Under the pieces are notes generated by a model that was given only the letters and a program-made list of their open reading frames with translations, was not told where the DNA came from and searched no databases. From Lytechinus pictus (lineage: Eukaryota), in the NCBI RefSeq assembly GCF_037042905.1, contig NC_087246.1:55614001-55678000 (forward strand): a stretch of 64,000 nt of DNA, given 5' to 3'. Shown one piece after another: positions 47,701 through 59,347 of this stretch. The stretch's first letter is position 1; the number at the start of each line of letters is the position of its first letter. The translations under genes were made by a program, and so were the position numbers.

Positions 47701-50700
47701 ACTGTGAAAGAGAGTAGAGATTTTTAAGTTGAAAAAAGCATGTAGCTACCGAAAATGGGGGAGAATGCAGGAAAAAATTTGGGGAGAGGTAAACGAGGCA
47801 AGTGAATAAATTGATTCAAGTCATCAAACACAATATATGAAACAGACAAAGACATATGGTTTAACATGGAAGACATCAGAAAAATCAAACACCATGACAG
47901 AACCCCCCCCCCCTCCCCCCTGGAGATAGTCAGAAGATCACCCAAAACCTCAAAGTCATTTCCCTGTTGACCGTGATTTTAGATCACTCAAACAGACATC
48001 AATCCTCAACAATTAAAAATCAAATTTTCTGCCAATAAACCAAGATATCCCGCTCATTTACACTTCAATCATATTTCCCTTGAAGGAAGAACCCGGAATC
48101 CAATCTATCTGGCAATAACCCCAAGCCACTTGGTTGAGAATCCCAAGGCTACAGCCTCAGGGTTCAAGCAGACAGCGCAATTCTGGTCTTGTCACCATCA
48201 AACTGACAATCTAACATGTGTCTTGACACATTGGTGATGTCCAATTAAAACACAGAAATTGATCAGAACATGATGACTCATTTGATGTCTTGTTTTTGGT
48301 CAATCCTCAAGGTGGGGTGATTTGAGATTCTGACCAAGGTAGGTCCCCATTTGATGGTAAATAGATATGTCTTGAATTAATACAGCCTTTTTCAATACAC
48401 ATAAAGAGAAAGAGAAAATTTAAACAATGATAAAAAATGAGCATTTTGCAGGTTATCAGACAAATACAGTTACATGTAGGCCTACATCTCCACATCTATT
48501 AAAAGCTCATACAGTGCAGCATCTTGAAAGGTAATTTACAATTGAAAAATAATGAATCTGTAATGATTATTTGAACAATTTTATTAAGAATATTGTATAA
48601 CCTAAAGAAAACGTCCACTTGTATTAAATGCCAAGTGAATGAATTTATTTTAATATGTTAGTTTCAAACTGAAAAAAATTCAGTGTAAAAAAAAGGAATA
48701 TAATGTCAAAACTACTTACCCCTTGCTAAAAAGACCAGTATCAGTTGCAGATAATTGATGTTCATGATCCAGGTAGCATAAGGTGGGGGGGGGGAGGGAA
48801 AATAAGAAACGATGTAAAAATACAATAATGTAAGAGACTTCACTGTGCTTACAAATATCACCAAACATCCAGAGTGAATTGTAATTCATTATCCTGATTA
48901 GCTCCAGAAATGAAGCCTACAAAGAAATCTAAAAAAAAGATTTACTGAAAATCTAATTAATGAAAATCTTATTCATGGACCTAAATAACAAATTCTTTAA
49001 AAACTTTGAATACCTAGTGGATTTTTTTGTCCTTCCTAATTTTGATATAATTCATTTCCTAAATGACTTGGAATCTGTGTATCAGAGTTAGGCAAGATCC
49101 TTGTAGAGTTTGGCAAATGATCTTACCACTATTAGATTGAAGGTTGCCCAAGGACGTAAGGATCCTTCATGGTTCCCCTTCCACTACTTACCCAATATTG
49201 TACATTTAGTGGGCAGTCAAGAAAACTCAAGCATAAAAGTTTTCATTTCTGAAATGTTTTATAAAAAAACAGATGCGCTTATACATAGCCCACTTAAAGT
49301 GTTATTTCTACATACTATACAAAATTATAACCATTTCCTACAAGAAATTCTATTGAACTGTCAAATCCATAATGATTATGTTTTCTAATTGCATTAACAT
49401 AAATTGCCCCGAAAAGGCCACTTTTGCACCAGATCCACAGCATATTTGTTTTACACTTCCTTTATGTCATTATATTGATTTTTTTCATGTATTGATTGTT
49501 CTTTAAATAAAATATTTTATATTGCATCCATTCTTGTTATTTTGATTGTGATTAAAAGTGAATTTGAATTTCAAGATTTTCATCTATACATGTAGGTCCA
49601 TATAATTTTGTAATAAATTACTGTACCAGAAGAAAATAAATGAAGGAATAATGTGATGGAGTTTGTATGATAAGCCGGTGAAGACTGGATGAAAATGCCA
49701 TTTTCTTTACATCCCAGCCAGCAGACCTCGTCTCCAATGGGGCTTAGGAAAAGCACCCCCCTTTTAAATTGATCAAACTATATTCCTCCTTTCCTGTAAT
49801 AAATCACATCATATATACCTTCTAACATTACACTAACATTGCTTGTCCAAGCACCCCACTGACAAGGTCACTAAAATTTAGATTAAGTTTTCCTTACAAG
49901 TCTAAAGTGAACTAACACTTGCAATAAATCATATATCAGTACTCCTACATCATCGTGTTCACACAAGGCCAAAATTTTACGCTTTACTCAGTTACTTAAA
50001 CTTAATCTAATTCATTAACCTCCATAATAAATAGTCATGTACTAGAAGATCACTGGTGTTGGTACAGCAAAGCAACAGATAGCATGTTTTTCCTACTATA
50101 ACAGAGCAAATGTCTATTTGTAGAATCACAACATTCAAATTCATATACTGTTTTTGGCAATAAAGCGAAATATTGATTTTCAAATATTTGGTGCATGTAT
50201 AAAATATAATGGTAAATCAATTATCCTTATATACAAGACTGTTTTGTAACAAGTTTCACTATCTTAAATACGTACTATAACAAAGTTTTTCCAAATCTAC
50301 TTATTACATTTTATTCCAATGTGTGCCCAATGTGAACAGAATGATTGAACTACCAATGTATACACCTGTGGTGGGGGAATAAAACCCCAAGAACATGGGT
50401 GTGTTTTGTGTGGGATGTTTAATATGGAGATAGTTAGACATGATTGGTGGACATGAATCAAATACTTAATTGCTTGCTTGCCTCCACTACAAGGATGTCT
50501 GTAAGCTATAATGTCTGCTGCTAACATGCTCCTAAACTCTTCCACAAACATTTTCCCTCTTTTGATCCCCTCATCAATTCACTTCAATTTCAAAACGACA
50601 ACAAAATTTATGTATCTTTTGCACAAATGCGATTCCAACCACTTTGGAGCTCTGTTCGGCATGAAGTAAACCAATTACAGGTATATAAATCTCTAATCTA

Positions 50701-53550
50701 GTTTGCAAAATTCCACTGAAAAATGAACCACATTTCAGAGTATTTGGTTAATACATTTTAAGAGTACTTTCTGTAAATTAAAGATGATATATATATAAAA
50801 AGGAAAGTCAAGTAGGGCTGTAGCCCCTAATCCTCAATCAAAAAGTAGTTTGGAGCAATCATTCCCACCTGTTCCAAAAAGGTTGTTGCGTCTTTGCTCT
50901 TTCCGATTTTTTAATGATATTTCATATCATTCTTAAATCAATTTACCCTGATACACATTGCTTGGCATTTTTTTTGCTTATATCATTTATTTAAAGACAT
51001 TTGAACGTTAGTATTTGGGCAAGAGGTGAAGAGTGCAATTAATAATCTGATTGGTGATCACTTGAAGATAAATGCCAGTTGTGGTTACGATCTCAAAATG
51101 AGTTTGAACATAATCCAATAATGACCGCCCAAGTATTTGTATGTATAAATGAAAAATATGTGTCAAATAACTATGGGAAAAAATGTGTAATTGCTGAGAA
51201 ATGAGCAAAATAAGCACTGAATTTCATAAAATGTCGGGAATTTTTCCATTCAATATTGATACTGTCCCACATATGCCTTTTTGTGTTAGTGATCATCAGA
51301 ACTTTCAACTTTCAGCTAAGATTTCATGATTTAACAAATATAAGATTATTTCAATGTGCCAGAACTAGATCAATAATATGGTGGCATTTAACCTTGAATT
51401 TAAAGACTTTCTCATGAAATAATGGTTTGCTACAACTACTTTCTTTTACCTTTAATTGAAGAAGTGTGTGTGTCGGGGGGGGGGGGGGGGGGAGGCTATA
51501 TTAATGCCTAATTTTATTCACAAGTGCATGCAGGAGACCAAATCAAATCATATTTCACATCATTTGGTGGGATAACTTTACCCAGTATTTCAAGAGTTAA
51601 GTGGAGGTTTGTAACAGCTGGATCTGAATGCTATCATTGTTTGGGTTATGTTATTTCTGGTATGTGTAATTGCTCTATGTTGCACTTGTGTTCTCTCTTC
51701 TACTACGCAGTTACCAGTCTCATTTCTCGAGACCCTAAACTCTAAACTTGGGCTTTATCGATTCAAAGGGGAAAACAGAATATGGAGAGAAATCAATTTT
51801 CTTATAATGGACCCATTCATTTATCTGATGGAATTGTCTAGGCCATTTCTTTATCTTACTTTTTTAAACTAAAAAACTATTATTTCTTCATCTACATTGA
51901 CTTTGGGAGGTTTCCTGGTACCACTTTGTGACTGTTTAACCAATTCTTTAACAATGTGATAGTAACTTAATATAACATCACAGAGAATCCATGCATTTAT
52001 TTAACATTTCAATTCATTTTTGCTTGACTAACTAGGGATTAGAATAATTAACATTATTTCTAAGAATGTCTACATTCATATATATCATTTTGATTCAGTT
52101 GTTTGACTTGAAGAAGGGCTGCTTGTATATGACATTATAGTTAAAACAAAACCATGATCCATAATAACATCTACCTTTTTAGCCAACTATCACCATGGTT
52201 TTAACCAAATATCTCTTCTGGCTTGCAGAAACAGACTAGGCTATGAGTGCCACCTAATGATGATTTGATTTAGCAATCTTAAGAATGGATAACACAGCCC
52301 CCAGACCCGGTTCATAAATCAACCCCGCTACAAGGTACCAGCCAGCCCATGATTCTATCTCCCTTCACCAATACTACATGACATTATTGTCATTCCATAC
52401 AAACATCTTGTAGTAATTAATAACCCTTACTTAAAATTAAAGCCAAGACCTTTGCTTGTCATCTTTCAATGGCTTATTTTCCTCGCCCCCCCCCCTCTCT
52501 CTCAGCCAACTCAGCCTTCCCCCTCCAATCTATGCTATGCTATCTTACCGTTTTCTTATCCCTCAACCTTTCTTCCCACCCCCCCCATCTCTCTCTTTCT
52601 CTGTTGCCTCCACTTCAAACCTTCTAAACCCATCTAAGAACCAGTTCTTATTTATTTTTCCCTGTTCAATCTTTTCTACTTTTTCTTTCTTTCTTTTCTT
52701 TTCTTTTCTACGATTTCCCTCTTTTTCCTCTCTCATCTTTATCACTTGTATTGTCCCCTTTACCCTCCTGCTCTGTATTTCACACAATATATATAAAAAA
52801 TAGTTGTCAAACTCATAATTATGTATATATTCGCCTTGCCTCTATTTTATACAAGTTTTGGAGATAAAGGGAGATAGAATCATGTTGCCATAAAATGATT
52901 CTATATTGCTTATAAAATCAAGACTGAGAGAAAATAAGCTTAGCCTTGCATAAGGACCAATATGCAATGCCAGAGATTTAGTAAAATACCCCTGTACAAC
53001 TTGGCACGTAACCAACCACTTCAAGCAGCAAACTTCAAGTTTTTCACAGGCTTTCCCCTATTGCATAGCATTCATCATTATAGCATCTTTGCCATCCAAT
53101 GGTAACTTTCATGGAATCCTTGATTTTGATATCTGTTGAGCAGTGTTACCATGGTTGTTATCATTGGATAATAGAGTACCGAAGTGTGACGTCAGTTGCC
53201 ATGGTGTCATGGCAGGCTGGTTCTAAACAGAGTCGCAGCTGACGATCGTCTGTACACATTTGTATGACTTTGGCTCGTCTGAAAAATAGGTTGCAAGCGA
53301 TCAAATTCCGATAGCAGCCATTTTCTCCTATGAGAAACACACGCTTTCATTTGGCAGGTTAAAAAATTGTTTTAACCAGGCCGCTGTGACACCATGGCAA
53401 CTGACGTCATCGCTTCGGTACTCTATGGTGTTACCACTAACAGGATGGGTTTTTTTTTCTTACCGATCTAATGTTGACATCAAGACCTTTATCCACTGCC
53501 ATTCTGATCATTTCTTTCTTTCCATGCTTGGCTCCCCAGTGTAAAGCAGA
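29663..53550 (-). CDS. Sowah: Sowah (sosondowah) ankyrin-repeat protein gene, 3' half; 5' exons not found in the window
   Basis: complement(join(53464..53550,48720..48725,47444..47516,45809..45889,34715..34738,32781..33016,30485..30558,29663..29735)) is phase-consistent: SALHWGAKHG...DVNIRSQGGYTPLHVAAMH...ADINKRDFSGRKPRHYL...WGSAENL...LMPPP...TTYV*. Confidence 0.88.
30485..30558 (-). CDS. Sowah: Sowah exon (LMPPPSGYTVPNRSRKLRSSSDKDR)
   Basis: ttctgacag acceptor and GTAATC donor; phases fit the neighbouring exons. Confidence 0.8.
30693..31169. mobile_element. MITE with TA termini (Tc1/pogo-like)
   Basis: TATAGTGAGTGATTGTATTACCGA / TCGGTAATACGATCCACTACCATA; repeated GTATTACCGA subterminal motif. 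Confidence 0.7.
31456..31671. mobile_element. MITE
   Basis: TIRs GGGTGATTTCAAGT / ACTTGAAATCACCC. Confidence 0.65.
31870..32252. mobile_element. Foldback-like element with roughly 16-bp internal tandem subrepeats
   Basis: Left arm CCAA.TCGTC.A units mirrored by right arm T.GACGA.TTGG units; 8-bp TSD CGTTCTTC / TGTTCTTC. Confidence 0.7.
32781..33016 (-). CDS. Sowah: Sowah exon containing the WGSAENL motif
   Basis: ttttgtacag acceptor, GTAAGA donor; WGSA(D/E)N motif recalled from invertebrate Sowah proteins. Confidence 0.85.
33693..34255. mobile_element. TTAA-targeting (Kolobok/piggyBac-like) MITE, intact
   Basis: TTAA|AGGTCAAGTCCACCCC...GGGGTGGACTTGTCCT|TTAA with long inverted arms. Confidence 0.92.
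34715..34738 (-). CDS. Sowah: Sowah 24-nt exon (Q-MMFGQST)
   Basis: tctatttacag acceptor, CAG|GTAAGA donor, symmetric phase 1. Confidence 0.65.
35798..35993 (+). mobile_element. tRNA-derived SINE
   Basis: TAGCTCAGTCGGTAGAGC A box, GGTTTGATTCC B box, CORE-like GTGCCCTTTGGTAAGGCATTTATCC, then GGACCTTAAGCCGTTGGTCCC. Confidence 0.8.
36361..36467. mobile_element. Short MITE
   Basis: GGGGCGTGTTTCATGAA / TTCATGAAACACCCCC. Confidence 0.65.
37490..38090 (+). mobile_element. tRNA-derived SINE interrupted in its D-arm by a MITE
   Basis: GCCGTGGCCGAGTGGTCTAA [insert] CGCACCTGAC...CCACGGC (7-bp acceptor stem), then CORE-like GTGCTCTTGAGCAAG. Confidence 0.7.
37511..37923. mobile_element. PIF/Harbinger-type MITE
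   Basis: TIRs GGCTACCGCACACCTTACGA / TCGTAAGGTGTGCGGTTGCC; TAA target. Confidence 0.85.
38215..38510. mobile_element. MITE
   Basis: Imperfect TIRs GTAGAGGCCTAATGATACACCAT / ATGGTGTATAATAAAGCCTCTAC. Confidence 0.6.
41430..41914 (+). mobile_element. Penelope-like element remnant: inverted pseudo-LTR pair with 3' tail and TSD
   Basis: About 160-bp near-perfect inverted arms; unpaired 29-nt tail at 41886-41914; direct repeat AATACAATAT(AT) at 41420 and 41915; hammerhead-like TTGATAAA-GAGTTGC-agcg-GCACTC-GAAA. Confidence 0.75.
42100..42613. mobile_element. Old MITE
   Basis: Imperfect TIRs GTAATCGCGACAGGGAC...TACAACATAGAAA / TTTCTATGTTGTA...GTCCCATCGCGACTGC. Confidence 0.55.
45567..45808 (-). 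CDS. Sowah: Sowah alternative terminal extension (read-through of the 45808 donor)
   Basis: In-frame GC-rich continuation RKLRLPSDIIGMEDDDAPHP...TMEYS*. Confidence 0.6.
45809..45889 (-). CDS. Sowah: Sowah exon (H-ADINKRDFSGRKPRHYLQSSSSNYIK)
   Basis: RD(Y/F)SG(R/K)KP..YL is the Sowah post-ankyrin motif; canonical splice sites. Confidence 0.9.
46478..46936. mobile_element. MITE (Harbinger-like)
   Basis: GACCCCGTTCTCA...AAACTAGTTTACTGGAAAC mirrored by GTTTCCAGTAAACTAGTTT...TGAGACAGGGTC. Confidence 0.7.
46960..47430. mobile_element. Harbinger-type MITE with internal duplication; sister copy at 59061-59347
   Basis: GGCCCCATCTTACAAAGAGTT / ATCTTTGTAAAGCGGGGGCC; 3-bp TSD CTG. Confidence 0.8.
47444..47516 (-). 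CDS. Sowah: Sowah ankyrin exon (GYTPLHVAAMHNKEAIMQFLVSEY)
   Basis: Ankyrin GxTPLHxAA; ctccactcag acceptor, GTAAGT donor. Confidence 0.92.
48720..48725 (-). CDS. Sowah: Sowah 6-nt microexon (CAA GGG = QG)
   Basis: tctttttag|CAAGGG|gtaagtag; restores the family pattern DVNxRS-xG-GYTPLH. Confidence 0.75.
52470..52775. repeat. Polypyrimidine/polypurine low-complexity tract
   Basis: CT-rich on the + strand. Confidence 0.7.
53171..53426. mobile_element. MITE with roughly 50-bp TIRs
   Basis: ATAGAGTACCGAAGTGTGACGTCAGTTGCCATGGTGTCA / TGACACCATGGCAACTGACGTCATCGCTTCGGTACTCTAT. Confidence 0.85.
53464..53550 (-). CDS. Sowah: Sowah ankyrin exon (SALHWGAKHGKKEMIRMAVDKGLDVNIRS)
   Basis: Matches Sowah TALHWAAKHG...DVNARS; ttacag acceptor, GTAAGA donor. 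Confidence 0.92.
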
Positions 53551-56500
53551 CTGTAATGATACCATAAAAAAGAATAACATTCAAGATTACATGACTGGAG
53601 ATGAATATTCAAATAAATATATCTGTGTGTTTTCCTAGTTGCTCCGTTCAAATCATTTTGTAAACGTGATGACCACCAAGCTGGTTGCAGGGCTCTAACA
53701 ATGAGTAATTAATATCTATTGGTAAACCTTTAAACATTTGAGAGACTGTGTTTCGATTGTCAAAAGACAAAAAACAATGTAGCATATGTGCAGGCAAGGG
53801 CATTCTCAGAAAAAAAAAGGTATAATTTAAGACAAGGGATGAATCGCTGCAAAGTAATAAATATAAAATCATTTGAAAATGAAAGTTGTTTTCAGAGGGA
53901 AAAGAAAAAAAAAGGATAAGCAGACAGTAGAAAGTTTAAATACAAGCCTCAAAATAAGAAAGTTATGAATTTTAAGAGTTGTAAAAAAATTGTAATCACT
54001 AAATAATTATGGAGACTTGGAATTGGCTAAAGATGTAGGCTAGTCTTCCATTTGCTCCAATATGCAAAAAAAGGCAAAAATATTTTATTCAAAAGTTTTA
54101 CTTTCAAGAACACAGCCTATGGGAAAGTTGTCCCTACTACTTTTCAAACATTACCAATTAGAAATTGATAATCTTTAGTGCCTATCAGATTTCTTGAAAA
54201 CTTTCAACATTCTTTTTATTTTTTTTCTCTTTCACACACCTCTTTTATGACCAAGGTCAGATTCCCATTTAAATGTGTTATGTTTGTCCCATACTCTTCA
54301 ATAACTTTCTAAAATGTAGGCCGGCACAAATACCTTTAAACACAGTAGGCCTTTAATCGACTTTGTTAACAAAAAAAGTCTAGAATTTTGGAAAGGATGT
54401 CATAAAAAGTGCAAGTACCTTTATGAGGTCATAATAAACATACTTAAGGTGTTTTTAAAGAAAATGGTCAAGAAAAAAAAGCTCAGACCTCCAAACAAAC
54501 AGTGACATAAACCTAGCACCATGATAGGTCCTACACTTGAGGTCATATAACAACGATTATGAGGCGTTAATTGTGTGATTAAAATGTAGCAGGATGTATT
54601 TGGCCTTCATGTTGCACATTAAGGTTCATGAGGGATAGATTTATGAAAGGGGTCCTTACAAAATGGCATTGGATACAGTATAAAATACCCTCAAAAAGCA
54701 GGCCAAGTATATAATTTCCACTGACATGCAAAAGGCTGCAAGTTCAATTCTTATATAAGAGACAGAAGGTCCCTGTGCATACAATGTGGTGAAATAGTGA
54801 GCAATAATATTAATATTTCTTTTTTTTTAATTGCCTTTAGGCCAATCTAAAATCTAAACCGATATTCAAGGAGATAACTAAATTAAAAGCAAGCAATCAA
54901 ATTGTTTCACATATAGTAATTACTCATACAAGGGCTTTGATGAAGTACTAATCTATGTTTAAAAAAAATGAAACTTTAAATTGCTGTTGGCTTAAATGAA
55001 ATAAATGTATAATTAAAATTCTACCAGGTAAAACACCTTTACCAGATAGCCACAGAATTACAGATGAAAATATTTGACAGTGAAATGGAATTTTTAATGG
55101 CAGTTTAGAGATTTCAAGTTAACCTTTATCAGGATCTGCTGAACTGAAACAAGTTACTAGCCTCTTGACGAGGCCCTGGCGACTGTTCTTTGTCGATTAT
55201 GATAATGATCCCGAGCGAAGAGAGGGATACCATAACTTGCGCAAAAGTAGAGCCCCCATTAACCCAAACTTGATCACAAGGGGGTAAATTATATAAAAAA
55301 AAGCATCTTTCCCTTTCCCTTCTTTTGATGATTTTTCACTACATTGGCAAATTCCACATCTAACAAAGATATCGCAATGAATACTTCATCAACACTTCAA
55401 TGACCTTTCAAAATCTATCTCTCAATGCTTGTCCTGGAAAGAAACTAACAATCCATAACATATTCCATCATCAGTCAGTTCCAATGGGATAACTCATCAT
55501 TGCACAATATTCAAGAAATCTTGATAAACAATAGCGTAAACCTGCCAGCACGTAACTTCAGGCAGAGAAAGGCCGGTGTATGAATTATAGGCGTTTAATG
55601 CACTCGTTAAAAGTAGCGATATTCTGTTATCCTTCATAGTGCACTTAAACGGTTGACATAAAATGCTATACTTGAACTAAAGCTATCAACCCTTACTGAA
55701 GGACTTTCACTGTTTTTACAGCTATCTCCAACAGATTATACTATCTTTTTGCCACATTTTATTGGTTTTGATGTGTCCCCTGTTTCAGTTTCTTCAAAGG
55801 AAAACATAATAGAAAACATTTTATGTATGCATTTGAGTTCCCGACTGAATGAGAAGCCATGGATCATAACACTTTTGAAAACATCCTCCTGCCTTCTATA
55901 AAGGCACTTACAAAATGTGAGGATAAAGGTTCAAAACTCAGCCTATTAATACCAACTTCGCCATCCAGGCAGGCAGTAATTTAGGAAACGGCAGGCCTAT
56001 GCAGGGCAAACAGAAGAAGAGTTTAATTCCTGAAATGAGTAACTAAACTGTAGTTCTAACAGCACCTACTCCAATCCCCTAATAATAGCATCAACAAAAA
56101 ATACATGCAAGTTATGGTTGCTTATCATACTAAACATTTAATTTGAGAATACAGAATGCACTGATATTCAACACCGTGGTCATGCATCCTATTAATATTT
56201 GACCCATTGTCTACTTGAAATTGTAAATTCATGTACAAAGCTTATGGGAATGAGAGACGTCAGAAAGTAAAGTGTTAACAATAGAATGATGATTATCTAC
56301 CGAAGTGAATATGAATTTACAATAACCTCCATTGCCTGGGCTGCTGTTTCCGCTTCATAAATGATTTGTAGAAGTTTTTATGGGGCATATTACTTGCAAT
56401 AAAGTTTTTAATGACAGATATGTGCTTTGGTATGCGGAGGGGCCTTCTAACATTCAACAACATGTCAGTCTATATCATGTGCGCTTGTATTTTTTCTTAT

Positions 56501-58927
56501 TTGCAATCATTGAGATGGAATTTGGCTCCATACAAATTGAAAATATACAGCTATGAGTATGCAGATTAATTTTTTCATGATCAACGCGAGGTTTATTTGT
56601 TGAAAAATCAAAGTTACAGACCGGTGCTTTTGGTGTTCAACTTCAACCAAACTGTCCTATCAGTCTACTTTGCATCAAAATAGTCTGTTTTGGTTTAACA
56701 TGTAAATTTTTATACTTTTGCAGCAAATGACAGTGGAAGTCCTATTCTAAATTAATGCAACAAAACTTTACTATTGTAATTTTGTCTTGGTTTCCAGGAC
56801 ATCAAAAGCTTGTGTACTGTAGCAAAGGGATACAATGTCTGAATGCGTTTATTTTCAGGTATTAAATATCATAGGAATCAGCTTTTACTGTATTGTATAG
56901 TTTAACAAAAAAAGTTAACTGACCATTTCAAGTTGGATCAAAGAGTTGGATGTCTGTCAATCATCAGACATGAAGTGGTCAATTCAAGGGTTATTAGTTG
57001 ATCCCATACAAAAGAAAATGAAACTGTAAATGCTAGAGGGGAGGGGCATTACAGTGGGGTTGACACCCCCCCCCCCCCTACCTTAAACAAGCTGCAAAAT
57101 GCTACAGCTCTAGGTGGTCATAAACTTGTCCTCCACTTCTGGCTCTTAAAAACATGTCGACAGGTGTGAATTTGACTCTGGAGAACTGGGATCAAACTTC
57201 AGTCTTGCCCCCCTAAGCCAGCTCAAACACATGTACAATCGGTTTAACAACCCCACTCGGCACCCTGCCGAAATTTCCTCAGTCCCTGTGGCCCCGCTCC
57301 CCAGCAAGCCCAAACTCCGCCCAAGTTATCTTTCTTTTGATACCAAAGGGTCTCGCTGGAGTTCAGGAGAGAGAGTTACAATGCCATAAATAATTCCTTC
57401 TCCTTGACTGTACTTTTATCTTGAGGTTTTGGAGACATAAATGATGGGGGACAGACACAGAATGTACAGCCATTTCCCTTGAAACTTCAGCTGTAACAAC
57501 TTCCTTCATTTGTTACAAGCTACTATCCATGGGGGACACAGGGAGTACTGCTGAGTGAGAAGGGGTGGGGAGAGGAGTGGGTTTCTCCAGGATAACAAGG
57601 TCCTAGTTTTCTTCTGGTCTTTGAAATGCACACTACTCTATGCAATTCTTCCTAAAAATTTAGGATCTGTAGCTAGTTGTTTTCCTTTACACAGTAGGGT
57701 CCATGCTTTTAATAAGGTACTTACAATCATAGCGATTGCATGTCAGAAAACAACAAACAATATACCCAGACATTTTAAGCCTAAATTCATACTTGATACA
57801 TGGTTATCATTCAACCACAAAAAAATGAAGAGGACCTCAACTAAAATAGATTTTCATGTATAATCACATAATACATACTCTAAAACATATTTTAATTTCA
57901 TATCATATTCAAAACATCATAGTTTCAGGACTTACAAAAACCATATAATGGAACTGGAATAGGGACCAACATTTTTTATATAGATTTACCAAAACTTAAT
58001 CCCTTGGAGACTGAGACGGTGTATATTTGGGCTGGAATCTATGGAAAATGTGAGATATAGCAAAATTATGCAGTGTCCAATGGGTTAAGAGAGGCTTACA
58101 GTCTATGATGAAAATACTGAGACAGCACAAGCGTATAATGATAATAATACTCTCATCAGTGCTTCCGCTCTTCCCGAAATCCAGGAAATACCGGGAACTT
58201 TTGCTATTTTCCAAGATCATTTCGGGAAGTGAGAAATTCCGGGAAGTTATCATTTCCAAGAATGATATTATTTTCTGAATATTATGTCAAAACCTATCTC
58301 AAAATTGGATCTTTGTAATGAAAATGTCAACAATTTTGCTCGCTCGCAATTCTGTAGCCTGATATACGTCTTTGGTCATATTTCGCCCCTCAAAATGTTT
58401 GGCTCATTACGGCACTGGGCCCTATATTTCATCTTTTTTGTGTGTAGAAGAGAAGTATAACATCTTATGAAAGACTGGAGAACATTTGTAAAATTCTGAG
58501 ATATTTTGTAAAATTCCAGTAACTTTCAGGGTAAATTACAGGAGGTTTCGTTTTGAAAAGTGGAAGCACTGACTCTCATTCACAAGTGCATGCAAACAAT
58601 GGATGCAACACCAAGGAAAAACTAAAGCATGTGGAAGATTCATTGCAGCAGGTTCCTGGTGATTTTGTTTTGATGAAGTATTTAGAAAAAAATATTTGAC
58701 CAATGAAATCTGACAGAAAACAAACAGAAACAAATGAAACAAACTCATGAACTGTAAACAATGGAAAGCCAGACAGCTCGAGATTGTAATTCATCTCAAC
58801 AAGTTCTAATCAATATTTTGAAGGTTTAAGGAGTTGGGGGTACTTTGGGGAATGGTTTGTGGTTCATTGGTCCTGGTAGAAGAGGTCAAGTTTAATGAGA
58901 TGGATGATTTAAGAGGACCTGGTCCAG

Positions 58928-59057
58928 GGGCCCCGTGACACAAAGCTTAGCAATGATCGTAGAACATTTTTCTACGATTGATTCCATTGACTACAATGTA
59001 TAATCAATCATGAAAATCAAGCGTACGATTAATTGCTAACCTTTGTGTCACTGGGCC
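58928..59057. mobile_element. Short Harbinger-type MITE
   Basis: GGGCCCCGTGACACAAAGCTTAGCAAT / ATTGCTAACCTTTGTGTCACTGGGCC; TSD CAG. Confidence 0.8.
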
Positions 59058-59060
59058 CAG

Positions 59061-59347
59061 GGGCCTGTCTTACAAAGAGTTGCGATTGATCGGATCGAAC
59101 GCAACTATGGAAAGCCAGCAAAGTCAACATATAAAATGCATGTTTTAAAAAAAAAATTATAGATATGAATGTATATCCATAATTTATTGATTTCTTGACA
59201 ATTTGGTGTGATCTCCTTTGTTTATAAAGGACATATTGCAAATTTCCTGTAGAAAATATTATGACACTGATGGATTTCCATAGTAAGAATTGATTGGATC
59301 AATCATAACTCTTTGCAAGACGGGGGGGGGGGGGGGGGGGGGGGGCC
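59061..59347. mobile_element. Harbinger-type MITE (same family as 46960-47430)
   Basis: GGGCCTGTCTTACAAAGAGTT / AACTCTTTGCAAGACGGG..GCC; shared body AACTATGGAAAGCCAGCAAAGTCAACAT. Confidence 0.8.
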
